Assembly: GCA_002633005.1 (NCBI GenBank)
Contig: NMRA01000376.1
Span: 87,414 to 151,413, forward strand
Origin: Phoronis australis
Taxonomy: Eukaryota > Animalia > Phoronida
DNA length: 64,000 nucleotides
Direction of reading: 5' to 3'
In this document: positions 50,721 to 64,000 of the stretch, piece after piece
How positions within the stretch are numbered: the first letter of the stretch is position 1
Layout of the letters: the number at the start of each line of letters is the position of its first letter
The notes under the pieces: model-generated
Databases searched by the model: none
What the model saw: only the letters and a program-made list of their open reading frames with translations
What the model was told of the DNA's origin: nothing
Translations under genes and position numbers: made by a program

Positions 50721-51731
50721 TTAAAAATCAATTGCAAATTCACTGGTGACGTTTTGGTCTTCGTTTTTAGCTGAGTCATCAGGGACTTCACTTTGCTCAG
50801 TTGTACTTGATGAAAAGTTTATGGTTGACATTGGAATATTTCGAGATTTTGGGATTATTGCGCAGAACAAGATTCTGAGTTCCTTCCGGAATCTCTTTCC
50901 ACTCACGCTGTAAACGTAAAAGTTTCCCGCGTGATTCAGAGATGGGAATACGACCACTAGGTGATGCAAAGTCTGAACGACTAGTGTCCTGTTCACTTTC
51001 AACAAGAGTTCGATGAGAGAGTATGGAAGTGACGTTAGAAGGAAAAATAAAGATGCACCAATTAACATCGGAGCTGTTCCTTTTACGTTAGTTTGAAGAT
51101 TTCTGGATGCATCCAGGTCATTGTTGAACACCAAATTGTGAATAACAATGATGTTACTTCCTATAAGTATTAAACTTGGAATGACGGAGTAGAGAAACAA
51201 CCAAACCCATGACATCAGGGAGTTTACTCGAATCACCTTTCTTACCGTGACGCATCTTGTCCCTGAACTTGTTTTTGTCCAGAACACGAACGAGTTGAAC
51301 AGAAAAGACACAAGGCAGACAGTCACAATGAATGTAACGGCAACTCTCTTGCGACAGAAACGCCTGGAATGAAGAGGAAACCTCAGCGCCACCAGTCGGT
51401 CGAGTGAAAAGCCTGCGAGTATCCACGCCGAAGCCAGCCGCGAGGATTTTGTGAACCAGTACGACAACGAGCAGAATACTCCATACTTCGATAGCAATAC
51501 AGGAGCTAATATGCTTTTTTCAATATGCAAGAACAAGCTTATTTCAGCAATTGTGTCCACAGCTGTCAAACTTATCAAGAACACGTTAACTGACTTGTTC
51601 CTCTTACGACGAACAAAGACTGCTAATGCGATTAAGTTCCCTATAATACCAAGCGTTGGAATTATAAGGAAAGTGAGCGTTGACAAATATCTGATGGGGG
51701 GAATGTCTTCCTCTGTCGTGTTCGACTTCAT
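50721..51731 (-). CDS. Class A (rhodopsin-like) peptide-receptor-type GPCR, uninterrupted CDS, 336 aa
   Basis: seven hydrophobic segments; GIIGN (TM1), LTAVD (TM2), C..SLDRLVALRFP (TM3), IP (TM5), LP (TM6), NHAGNFYVY..SGKRFRKEL (TM7/helix 8); ATG at 51731 preceded by a ttttgcag acceptor. Confidence 0.93.
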   Translation of the reverse strand: MKSNTTEEDIPPIRYLSTLTFLIIPTLGIIGNLIALAVFVRRKRNKSVNVFLISLTAVDTIAEISLFLHIEKSILAPVLLSKYGVFCSLSYWFTKSSRLASAWILAGFSLDRLVALRFPLHSRRFCRKRVAVTFIVTVCLVSFLFNSFVFWTKTSSGTRCVTVRKVIRVNSLMSWVWLFLYSVIPSLILIGSNIIVIHNLVFNNDLDASRNLQTNVKGTAPMLIGASLFFLLTSLPYSLIELLLKVNRTLVVQTLHHLVVVFPSLNHAGNFYVYSVSGKRFRKELRILFCAIIPKSRNIPMSTINFSSSTTEQSEVPDDSAKNEDQNVTSEFAIDF

Positions 51732-53301
51732 TGTTGGCTGCAAAAGAAGTGAAACAGGCGGCTGACTGAACGCCTACCTTTTTAAGAAAGTAGTCACGTG
51801 ACGCGACTGCGGGGCACGACAGGATGCAACCAAAGACGTCGAAGTGTGTCTCTGGTAAATTGAAAGACTATGGAACTTTTGTCTATGTATAGATGTGTCT
51901 TTTAATTACTTCGCTATTATTTCAGTTACTTTATCTATGTTCAGTTTAGAGTAGAGTTTTGTTCAGAAGGTATGAACGTAACTTACATGTAATAAAGACT
52001 GTGAACAATGAAAAGTGTCGTGCGTTTAACCAATTCTGTGTATACAGATATATAATTTTATAATCGATTCAATAATTCTCGGATGTTCTGTTCTCGTGTT
52101 CAATACGTTCAGACATTAATTTTAATAACAAAAGTTCCAAGCGGTACTGTTTGAGATTACATTCGACAACTCACACCGTGTGTTCCATTAAATCTACCTT
52201 ATGGTCATTGCTAAACGGATATGCAGATTAGGCGTATCAAATGGAACTTAAAACTTCAGTGCCTTGAAAGCTTAGACTTCAACATTCCGCTGGCATAGGA
52301 AAATCACCTGCGACGGAATTAAAGAGGTCAATTTTAAAGGAAATTGTCGTTTTACGCCCTAAAATCATTTGGGGGATTGTTTATGGAAGGGATAGACCTT
52401 TCGTTGGCTTTGGCCAGAGCTATGAAACACTAAAATCCGTTGTGTCTTGTGACTTTATTATAAAATGCCAATTCCCATCGATATCTGTCATACATTTGGT
52501 GACTGCGTTAGGATGAATATGCTTAAAATACATTTATCGGGCGAAATTTAGCTCCTCACCAGAGCGTTTGGCTGCGAAGGTTCCTGTTTCGAATCCGCGC
52601 TGTGGCTCAGTGCAGAAAATCACTTTTCTCGCCGAGAATAGAAGACCAGCCTTGTGATTTTCTCATGAAGATTTGACTCACAAACAATGCGGTAAAGGAA
52701 ATTTCGAGATTGCTTTTAAACGTACTAGATAAGTGGCGTTGTTTTCAGAGAACATCTGAGCATCAGAAAATCAGTTTCTTGTATGTGTTTATGGTACACT
52801 ACTCAGGCTTTGTGAACAGAACGTCCAGCTATTCTCTGGCATTCTGTCTCTACCACAGTTTCCGTTTGACGAGTTAAATGAACTTTATAAATGACTTTTG
52901 TTAGCAGTGACGGACGGACCAATGATCGATCATAATCGATAAACTATCGGTTATATACCAAAGAGAAGAGCTCGAACTTTATTTTGCCAAAACCGGTCAA
53001 TTTGGCGATTGATTATCCGGAAGTGCTGTTCATACGTTTAACAGCATACTGTGAATGCAATAGCCAATAAAGCCCACTAATCAATGAATTTTTCACATTA
53101 AAAATGATAGGTAAAATCCCACACTGTGTTAATTGACCTATCGCAAGGATTATGACAGAAGGCTTAATTGAGCAATCAGAACGCATCATTCTTGACACAC
53201 CTTCGTCTGCGTTTCCAAGCCGCCATTTAACCTGACAAACCTCACGTAGTCGAGTAAAACTTACTTTAGTCTATAGCTCAAGAAATTGTGTGCGAAAAAT
53301 A

Positions 53302-53466
53302 GTGAAACGGTGTTGATATGGCGTGTGTAATCCCGACAGCTGTTACGCTGCTCCAGAATAATATTCCGTCATTTTTTGCATGTCCTAAGCCGAAAAGTGA
53401 TGTCGAAAGACGTAAACTACTGTGGATCAAACATGCATGGCTGTACGGCCACACGAGCTGAACTTT
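53302..53466 (+). pseudogene. Degenerate THAP zinc-finger relic of a DNA transposon
   Basis: VKRC*YGVCNPD ... FFACPKPKSDVERRKLLWIK ... RPHELN read across frameshifts. Confidence 0.6.
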
Positions 53467-54770
53467 GCAATGTTGTTTGATTACTCAGACTCTATAATAA
53501 AACAAATATATTAGTTCCAAGATAGCACTTTTTCAGCTTGGTGCAGGGCTATTTCAGATTTTCACTCCGGAGTTTCCTACGTCTGGCCGCCTTCGTCTCG
53601 GCACCTGCTGGATCTCAGCACTATAGCGATGACATTTTTATTTCATTTATTTTTTCATTTATTTCGGCTTAATGGACATCATTTTGTTCCATATCAGAGG
53701 TAATTTTTTGTTATTCACAAACCCGTAAGCTGGCGTTCAACTGAACTTCTCTCCTGGCCAAAATTCAGAGATTCTATCGGCACAGAGAGGGGCACTGGAT
53801 TGCTGAACTCAAAGCTTTGTTCGAGCTGTTGTCACAAAAAATAGACAATTGAATTACTTTTTGATGTGGACCTCTAGTATACACAATGTCTGTAGAGTTA
53901 GAGAGAGCTCATTTCGAAGTTGTTCAAACATGATTATTTAGATTTATGAAGCTTTAAAAAAGAATTTGGGTTATTTTTGTAAATACCCTATTTTTGCAAC
54001 TATCTCACCTCACTTGTAATCTTTTGTAACCATACCACAGCTTAGTGATCATGCTACGTTCAAAATTAACTAGAGGGCGTGCGTGCACTAGTGGTGATAG
54101 ATTAACAGCCTCGATTTCGCGAGCCCTTTAAATACATGGTGAAATGGCTTGCAGCCGTGCCAACTGAATCTGAGATTGCGTAAAAAGGGTGCTTCTATGA
54201 GAGGAAGTAAGCACGACCTCATACAAAGGTAAGGTTTGTGATCATTTTAACGATTATTCCATGATTATTCTACCGATGCCTGATAACTGAGGCACTCGCC
54301 GATGTCGACTTCGCGGCAGTCAGTCGCCAGTCAGAGTTGTTTATCTTTGTATGTTGTGATATATGTGATACGATACTTGACGTAGCAATCGGGATCTTTT
54401 CGTACATCAAAGCATTATTGTTGTTTGGAATGATTTCTAAAAGTTTATCAGTGACAGTTACACCAATCAATGCTGAATATTTATGCTGTCAACTCGATAC
54501 AGGTTGATGAGTTAAGATTACAATCCAATCCCAATGACAAAGGGTACGTGAGTGATAAATATCCATTGCATTAGACTATTTGTTTACTCCCTATCATATG
54601 TCTTCTGGACATCTATTACACGTTGAAATGGAAATCTATCACGTCAGTTTTCACNTGTAAATGTGTATATCTTCTGAATATAAATATGTAAAAGTGCATA
54701 TCTTCCGCAACTAGAGAGCCTGTGTAATTTCATTTTTGACTCAATGCCGCAGTGTGCCAATCGGCCATTC

Positions 54771-54933
54771 ATTGGGTCACGTGACCATGTATTTTAAATA
54801 AAACTTACCAAAAAGAAAGGTACATTCACAGCACAACAACGGTATCAATATTGACTATCGATACCGTTGTTGTGCTGTGAATGTACCTTTCTTTTTGGTA
54901 AGTTTTATTTAAGACATGGTCACGTGACCCAAT
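54771..54933. repeat. ~163-bp near-perfect palindrome
   Basis: arms 54771-54846 and 54860-54933 differ only at one small indel site; 13-bp loop. Confidence 0.92.
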
Positions 54934-57900
54934 TTCGTTTGATATAAATGCTCGAGATGAAATTTTCAAAAAAATGCAATAGTTTTTTAAATGTTCATCT
55001 CATTTTTCTTTTTATGCAACTTTTGACTTTTTGCATCGCCTCGACAAAGAGTGGAACATTTTGAAAACAATTCCTAACAGGCTATTTTAGAACAGCGCAA
55101 AATCTTAGTATCGGTAATTTTTCGTATCAGTGAATCCGAGCAACCATTTCTGGGGATATGACGTTCCGATGTTGTTCAAATTTGAAAATTTTTCTAGCGT
55201 CCAACATTAAACTCGACAAAACGAAGTTTGTGACAGCGAGTCTTCACGATGAAGCAAAATAAAGTTTATTGTTATCATATGTAATTTGGAAGGAAACGTA
55301 CGTAAACAAAACGATTTCGCCCTAAATATAAACCAATGTTGGCAATGCATGGAGGTTTTAAGGGGAAGGCAACCTTTTTTCGTGTCATTTTTAGTAAAAA
55401 TACGGTTCGCTGGATATCCCAGACATATGCTTCGGTTAACTACGGCTCTTCGTAATATTATTAACTAGTCGTGCACGGTTCGTTGATTATCCCAGACATA
55501 TTAATAATGGCTTTCCGTAATTTCATTTATTAGTCTCGCTTTACTCCGGAAGCGACCTTTAGGGGTTAAGAATTTCCCACCATTTTGTTTTTATATAGTC
55601 TGACTGTGGGATTTGTCGAGACAGTCATTGTTTTACCTCGGGTGCGTTTGTCGTTTGCGTTTGTTTACAAGTCAGTCAACATGCCGCTCGTCTGCTGCGA
55701 ACTGTATTCATCGTCGTCTCACGCGCACTTTGGGTATGCTACTACATCGCCGTACTAGGCTCGTTCGTGTGAAGAACGCTCCAAGTCTACAATAAACTTA
55801 TCAAAGTTTGTCTCACAGGTCTGACCACTGGTTGTCGAACTTAGCCTGTATTGATTCCCACTACTCAACTCCTCGCCTTCGAATTGTTCTTTTTTTTCTC
55901 GCGTTCCGTTGTTTGCGGACGCGGCAGATTTGCCAGTTACCTACTGGCCTTTGGTCTTAGTGACGTCAGTCCGTCGGCTTAATTTTCCTCCCTCCAGCTT
56001 CCATCACATACTTCGGGCTTGTCGCTGCCAAATATGGTACTCGGCTTCGCGGCAATTATGGCCTGTGTTTTGTCATGAGAAAATCCCTGCACTCTTCGTT
56101 GTCTTTTTCTTTCCACACGATGTTACGCTGGCACACCCGAATGTTTACAAACCGTTCATTTCGTCATAGTACTAGGCTGGACTGTTTGTAAACAAGCAAG
56201 GCTTTCCGAGTGCACTGCTAAGTTTTATATTTTACAACCTACAGTAAAGAATAAAATAGTCAGTATGTGTGTTTTACTGACTTACATGGCGATTATCCCT
56301 TTCTTTTGAGCCAAAAAATCGAACACAATGACGCATTATTTCACCATGCAGTGCGCTACGAGTTACGGGTGCTTCGGTCTACGTGTGGTCACGGTCTTCG
56401 TAAAAAGTTCTTCTCCTGCGGTCAGCTGGTACCCGTGAGAAAGCACGGCTACTAGCTAATCAATACATAACGTTTGTTACTTTTTAGCAAATCGCTGACT
56501 GATATTTGTCCTTTTCAGGACTTAGGGTTTGGTATTTGCATTGTAAAAAGAGAAAAGCTGAGTACTGTACGGTGTTATGATGTCTAAAAATTAAATGACA
56601 ATTTTCAATTGTTATTAGAAATTAACTGTTTGAACCAAAGGTAACAGCTGGTATCATTAGCCAGTTGCAGTGTTCCTAATTATTGCATACATTTTCAAGC
56701 CAGGAAACCATAAATTTTGATAATCGTTGATGATCGCAGAAACAGAATGTTAACACAAAAATAGTAGTCGGAAATTCATATTCCTGGCCATGTCCTGAAT
56801 TAAAATTCTTAGCAGGAAATCCCATACACGCCGTTGTAGTTAACAGAATAAAAAATACAATTACTTGCGCGTCTGTAATAGTTGCGGCAATCTCTGTGAT
56901 AAAGCATGATATTATAGGAAAAGTGGTAATGTGACTGCAAACGTCCAAGCATCATTTTTGCGCACATATTACGTTTCTTTGATCATCAAGAATTTAACAA
57001 AATATATGGTTCCACTAGTTGAGAATTCAGACATGGCAGTATTTTATCAAAATCTGCAGGTGTTGATGGTTTTCAATGAAAATCAGTGGGGATGCTGTTT
57101 GTGACATGTAAATCACGAAAATATTCATTTTGAGAAAAACAAATATTCGGTTGCCATGGAAACGTTCAAATAACGTAATATCAATAGGTCCACGAGAAAC
57201 TTTATAACTCGTTAACCTGTGGATATTTTTCATATCTCTTTTCTTTGAATTGTACTAAAACTAAAGACCTATAATACTACACGAGAAAATTTGAAATTTC
57301 TTAGTAGTTACTTTCTATACGGTACTGAAACTTGCGAAAAAAATGGGAAAACATGTTTTTCAAAAATCTTATTTTTCTGTTGAAATTTCAAAGAAATGCT
57401 CATGTAGTTTTATAGATATTCATGTAAAGACAATGTATCTCAAATTTCATAAGTATAGATCAAACAGTTTTTTATTTACAACATTTCATAGCAAAAATGT
57501 ACAGTTTTAGAAACGCAAGAAAGAAAGTTAGCGAATCATTTTTCCATGTCACATCCTGTTATATGTGATACAAATCACAGTTTTACTGTATTTTTGATAT
57601 AATTTAGTCAGTGTTCATCCCAGCACCATAAGTTTCTCCTTCCTGGTCTTCATGTTGAGATATTGCGCGATTTCTGGTGGCCGTAAAAGACTTTTTCAAC
57701 GACCTATTCCATGCAAGCATTTCAAAAGCTTGGTGCCAAACAACTAAAGTGTCCTGTAGCCTAAACACAAGTGTGACGGATTTGGACGAATTCTGTTTTT
57801 ACGTTTACAGGCTTTGTTTGTTGTTAATTTATTTTCACAAATGCTGAAGTTAAAAACAGAAAAGCTATGAAAATTGAAATTAATTGGTGATCAGATAATT

Positions 57901-60900
57901 ACTATCTTCATGGGCGATGCTTACGCAAAATTATAACAATGAAAATAACGTCATTTTGTGAAAACGCAATCTTAAGATTTTGATTGGAAGCGGCACTTCG
58001 AAGAAGACAATACGTCACACAGAGATGATTACGTTGAATGGCGCGCAGTAATTAATAACAAAACAAAACAAAACAGTTCAATTTTGGTAACTATAAAACG
58101 TTACACAATTTTTTGAAAAAACGCATAGCACTTTAAGGATGTTAGATGATTTCCTTTCAAAAACTCTATTTCTTTGAAAATAAAGTCAACTGTTAGTTTG
58201 TTCTGTCGTCTTCATTCTGGCACTATATTTTAGCGCGCATAATTTTCGAGTCAGTTTTAATCATTTGTTTTTATCCTGACGACTATAGTCAAGAAATTGG
58301 AAAAGCGATTTTTTAAAAGGTGAAGAAATTTCAAGAAATTTAAGAAAATCTTAGCAAACAAGGAACTACGGTTTAACATTTTTGTAGATAGGTAAGTCCA
58401 GGCATGTTTGATCCAAATTTCTGCCCAATTATGTCCAAGATGTGTAAACTGTTCATCGTTACACGGGTCCGTGATAACGGCCAAAGAAGTAAAATCTGCC
58501 ATTCCTCGAAAAAAGGCAAAGTTGTTTGTCGCAGAAATGACACGAATTCAAAGCGTACTGAATCGTTACTTTGGGCGTGTCGATGCTCTGGCTTCGATTA
58601 GAGGTCATTCAAACAATTTTGGCAGGCTGAAACAATAGCAACGGACAAAAATGGCACCACGAAAAATCAAACTAAAATAAGCACTAGTTTACGGACGTCA
58701 CGATTCTCTGTGATCATGTTGAATTCATACTTTCTAACTTCATATTTCAAGCTACTGTTATAACACTGGTCTTCGTGTTCACGCTGATGAAGACTGAATT
58801 CTGGGTAAGAGAGTAAATGACGGCGTGGTTTGTGACCATGCTTGGCATATAAAATAAACGGCCATGACAAATTAAGCCAGTAAATTGATCCTGACCTTCA
58901 GCAGCAACAAACTCTCAGTTATCTGATAGCCCAGAAGTCTCCTCTCATCCCAGAAAGGAACCATAATGAGACCAATTTTACAAATGGTCTACTCAAAAGT
59001 TATTTTTTGACAGAATCTGGGGTTTATTGAAGCTTAACTAATGAATTCTAACAAAAGCTTTCGCTTTTCCTTGTGGGATTGTGGGCTCAACTATCATACT
59101 GGAGCCAACTTGTAATGTGCAATGTAGGCCTCCCAACGATTTCACTTTTTGAAATATAGATCTACCCAATGAATTTCTTGAGTTAAGAAACATCCATTTT
59201 TGTTATTGACTTAAATCAAAAAAATTGCTTACTGTATCAGTTAGATTTTTCAGGCTGATGGATGACACAATGAGGTAAAATATTCAGTTTGTATGGGCTG
59301 CTCCACATCTTGTTTGTCCAGTTTGCGACAATGAGAACTAAACTGTTTAATGTTTGCAGATCAAGCAAAAAACAATGGGCCGCAGAGACAAGCGTTCCAA
59401 GACAAAAGTCACAAATGATCATCCGTCAGAAGCAGACCGCTTGTGTAAGCTGAAAAACACTTTAGGTTTGTCTGCAAAAGGGGCAATCATAAAGCGCCAT
59501 CTACACAAGCCGGTTGCAGACATACCTTCATTGGAACAGTTTATCGAGAGAGATAGAGCGCTGAACATGGCCAATACATCTGTACAAACACGTCTTCAGA
59601 CAAGTGATGAAATCCCTTCCAAGGAGCAAGTATTACCTCCCACAGAAAATCGTGCACATGATCAATAAAAAATAGTAAGCTCTTGAACAGCAACGGCACT
59701 TGCGAAAGAAAAGTCCAAACAGCATGCAAAGCGTCGACAGGTGAAAATAAGGTCCTCCAATACGACAGAAAAGCGGTCCTGGAGACGAGTCTATAACCAG
59801 GTACTGCCAGTCAAGACTCCACCAAACATTGAGGCAAGTTACAAGGGTATTTGAGATACCACTGCCTGCGTCGTCTATCAAGAATCCCCCACCGCACGTG
59901 ACAGTGCTTTCAGATGTTGTTCTGATGCAGTCATGTCCTCTCCAGACTTGAACCCGCTGGACGCATGCTGTTCTGTATTGGACGACTCATCATCGATGGA
60001 GACATTCTCTTCTGTAGTGAACGACTATAGCGCATTGGTGTCTGGAATTCGTCCCCCTTAGTATCATCACTGCAGGTGGTGCTGACTGGTACATCACTAT
60101 AATATTGCTTTATCTCCTTGGGTCTCTCTTGTCGCGTGGAACATTGTGAATCAGAATTGACTTCTATCATAGAATTGTCTCCCAGAATAGTCATGTCTTG
60201 CATAGAAGCCGCTAACCATCTCTGTCTTTGTAGAGCTGCGCATTGTCGTCCAGCGAACTACCAGCCACCTGTGAAACTCAGCAAATCGGGCCGACCTGGC
60301 ATTTGACAAAGCTAGCTCTTATCGTTCTTGCTCTTAATATATTTGTCACATTCACAGTCTTCATCAACACTAATTGGTTCCTTCTGATACTTCTCTGTGA
60401 CTGGGTACCTAACGCTTGCTTGGATGCCTGGTAACTCAAAGTACCTGTTTACTTTGTGAAATTTAGGCCAGTAGTCTTGATTACCATCACTCTCTGCAAG
60501 GTTTGAACCATGTTCGATGCTGCCCTCGACAACAGGTTGATTTGCCTTCGCAGCAAATTTTTTGGTTATCTTCCTAAATTGTTCGTCAAGCATCCTCTGC
60601 ATTTGGGCTTCTCTGCTACCAAACTCATCATGCGCTTTTCTGGACACCACGGCGATCTCAGTTCCACACCAAAAATGTCTTGATTTCTAAGAAATCTTCA
60701 ATTTGTTCTCAACAGATGAACCCTGGCTACTTTTGTTTGTACTAACTAACGTTGTCACTGAAATGTTCTTCTCGGAAGACGAAACCCGGGTAGTTCTCCT
60801 TGTACCAAATAGAATTTTCCCTTGACATTCATATGGGCATCACGACTCTTCTCCACAGCCAGCTGCATCAAACCGCCAGCCACGGCCTCCTTCGTTGGGG

Positions 60901-61899
60901 GAATATTCAGAGCAGCAATTCAAAAGCCAAACAAATTTCCGTGTCTGATGTTACCCAAGAGAGGTAGGCATTAAGATTAATGATGAAAAACTCAGTGACG
61001 CGTATGTACTTAATCGTGTTGATGAGCTGAAGTCAAACAAAGTTAAAGGGGACTATGATTTGACAGCCGACGTGTTGTCAGCGGAAGCTCGTTGACAATG
61101 GCAGCCATGAAGGATGGCAATCGTCGGCAGAACATGTTGAAAACAGAAAGTTTCTATCCTGATCTGAAACTCAACACTTTGATGTCTGACAATATAACGA
61201 TACTTTATGCAACGGTGTCAAAGAATTTCCACAGCCTTCTGCGTAAACTTCTTTTTGTGATCATGAAGTCAAGGTTTTGGTGTCTCACATCATAGCAGAG
61301 GAACTTAATGACAGTAATTTGAGCAAGAGCACCGGAGAATGTCGACAGGAAACTGTACAATCTTCCACTCTTGATCACACACACTCATGACTTTGATGTC
61401 TGGATGCATGGAAGTGAAAATTATTGACAACATTTCAAGCAACAACACCGAAGGAAAGCCTCAATACCCTTCTGTGCCAACTTGCTGTTTTGATTAGAAA
61501 CCAATAGTTTCGAAGTCTGACAGCCTAGAAGAGAAAGTTATTGACAATGCTCTAAGCAACGGGAAAAGAATATTCCTGCAGTTGTCTGTGCTAGCACCAA
61601 CTGTAGCGGAAGTTAAATTTACATCCGTTGCCAACAAAACTCAGGCTGTTGTGACACTGAAATATTTTGACACTATTCAGAGTGGAGAAAATGAAATGAA
61701 AGTTCATCTGCAGCAAAGAGATCGTGATCAGAGGACTCTTAGAGGTGGATTGCCTCGACCGGGAATGTTGAATGTTCAGAATAGCAGATTGGAACAATTA
61801 TTTCTGATCATTACTCGACGGAGAACCAAGAGGATAAAAGCTGTCTTGGGATATTTTTAATATGAAATTTACACACAAATCAATAAAAATTTCAAAGTA

Positions 61900-63730
61900 G
61901 GCAACAGGGACAGTTATTCATAGATCAAATAAATTAATTAATCACACAAGTGGAAAAAGAACCCAGTAATCACCCGTGGCAGTGTGAATTAAATAAATGC
62001 AAATTAAATCTCGAGATTTTACAAACCCAAGTAATAAAAGGTAGTATTGCTAGAAGTAAAGCACAATGGGTGGAAGAAGGTGAAACAAATTCTTAATATT
62101 TTTTAAATCTTGAAAAACATAAACATGGGAAAACATATAACAGAACTGGAGTCAAGTAGCAGAGTGACCCAAGACCCAAAAGGGACACAAAACATTCAAC
62201 GAGCTTTCTACGAAGGTCTTTATTAGGAAAAAGACTATGAGGATATAGACTTCCCTGATATATTCAGTCTGCCTAGTGATAAACTACTGACAGATGATCA
62301 GTACTTATTAGACGTAGAATAAGACATCACAGAGGACGGGCTCTATGAAGCTTTAAAACAATCCCAAAACAATAAAACACCAGGCAATGACGGTTTAAGA
62401 TACGAATTTTACAAAACATTTTGAGATACTACTGTCTTGTATTCGAAAAACGGGTTTACTTCGTCAAGGGGACCCTTCAAGTAGTCAACATTTTATACTA
62501 TGTGTGGAGCTCATGAGCCATTATATTAGAAATAACCCCTTAATCAAAAAATTGCGTATTGATGGGCATGAAGTCAAAAAAGCCCAGTATATGCTGATGA
62601 TACAATCTTATTTATTCAGGACGAAATGTCAGCAACAGAACGCTTTGAATTTCTCAGAAGATTTGGTGATGTGTCTGGTCTTAAATTAAATACGCGAAAA
62701 TGCTAAGGAAGGTCTTTAGGCCACCGGTCTGAACTTAACAAATTGTATGATATAAATTAGTCAAAAAGAAATATTAAGTGTCTGGGCGTTTATTTTGGTA
62801 AATACGGAAAGGAAAAAATAGGCAACATTTTGAAGAAAAAATTTCTGAACTTAGGAAAGTTTTGAATATTTGGAAAACAAGAAAAATGACTATCAAGGGA
62901 AGAATTGTCATAGCTGAAACTGTTACGCTATCCAAATTGATTCACGTCATGTCTGCTCTTGGTTTGAAAAGGAATTTGTGTAAACAAATAGACAAAATTT
63001 TAACTGATTTTATTTGGGCAGGGAAACCACCTAAAATAAAGAAAAGCGTTGCAATGGTCTCTTATGAAGATGGTGGTTTAAAAGTCCCTGACATGACGCT
63101 TATTAAGGAATGTATTTTAGTCAATTGGGTTAAAATACTTCAGTCTCCTGAATGTGGAAGTTGGAAGTTTTATCCACAATATATCCTGAATAGTTATGGT
63201 GGTGAACTGTTGTAGTCATGTAATTCTAAAGTAAACAAACTGGGTAGAACGGTAAATTGTGGTTTTTATAGAGAAGTTTTGTCGGTGAGTCTGCAGTTGA
63301 ATCATAACGCTTTTAAAGATGTACTTGTTGTGATCAGATTATATGGCATAACAGGAAGATAACACTTAATAAATAAGTCACTATATTATAGAGATTTTGC
63401 TAAAAATATGTTATGTTTCATCAATGACTCTTGATGCTGAAAATAAGTAGTTATCGTGGGAGGTCCTCAAGGCAAAATATAAATTAAAAGATTTGAAAGT
63501 TCTGAGTTTTAAGTCAATATGTATTATTTTATCTAGAAAAATTGATCAAAGTCATCAACGATTGGTTGGCTGCAGCAATAAAATTTGTTTAGGTTACAAT
63601 AAAATTGCAAAAGAAAAAATCTAAAATATTTTGTTACAGAAGTATCTCAAAAAAAACAGACAATTCTGAAAATTTGTTGCAGCATTATTCAAAACAAAAC
63701 ATCAAAAACATTATCCCTTGCCTTTTACAC
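61900..63730 (+). mobile_element. Decayed L1/Tx1-like LINE ORF2 (RT) fragment
   Basis: ARSKAQWVEEGETNS*YFLNLEK, NNKTPGNDGLRYEFYKTF, RQGDP, AQYADD, MTIKGRIVIA..LSKL..DFIWAGKPPKIKK..DGGLKVPD; many stops and frameshifts. Confidence 0.88.
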
Positions 63731-63749
63731 TTTCCCGCGACCCAAGTCT

Positions 63750-64000
63750 TTACTGTAATCTAGTGCAGAACATTAACACTGAACACATGTCCTTACTGTA
63801 ATCTAGTGCAGAACATTAACACTGAACACATGCCCTTACTGTAATCTAGTGCAGAACATTAACACTGAACACATGTCCCTACTGTAATCTAGTACAGAGC
63901 ATTAACACTGAACACATGTCCCTACTGTAATCTAGTGCAGAACATTAACACTGAACACATGTCCTTACTGTAATCTAGTGCAGAACATTAACACTGAACA
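63750..64000. repeat. 43-bp minisatellite, ~6 units, runs off the window
   Basis: unit tactgtaatctagtgcagaacattaacactgaacacatgtcct at 63751, 63794, 63837... Confidence 0.95.

Noticed and set aside
52546-52615. tRNA-like segment (tagctc...gtttcgaatcc)
   Set aside because: Too degenerate to call; at most an old SINE head
63750-64000. 43-bp array as possible CRISPR
   Set aside because: Head-to-tail units with no spacers

Overview
Animal (invertebrate-like, AT-rich, intron-rich) genomic DNA, not prokaryotic. The left half is one minus-strand gene, WDR59 (GATOR2 subunit). I traced 21 GT-AG exons in consistent phase from the ATG at 33304 down to 6933 (773 codons) but did not find the C-terminal exons in the window. 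Its introns hold an RT-less Ty3/gypsy element with both LTRs, a tRNA-Trp PBS and a 5-bp TSD, a decayed pogo-like DDE transposon, a CORE-type SINE and several MITEs. Upstream (35.5-45.6 kb, minus strand) is the most unusual locus: an ecdysteroid-kinase-like (EcKL/CHK-like) array. A single 42-codon N-terminal exon is followed by three tandem ~1.15-kb catalytic exons (two intact, one pseudogenised), each with a phase-matched splice acceptor, which suggests alternative terminal exons. The two intact domains carry a protein-kinase-like HRDFKPGN catalytic loop. Further right are a class A GPCR with an uninterrupted CDS, two minisatellites, two striking palindromes, a THAP relic and a decayed L1/Tx1-like LINE. 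All family assignments come from motif recognition by eye; no searches were run.
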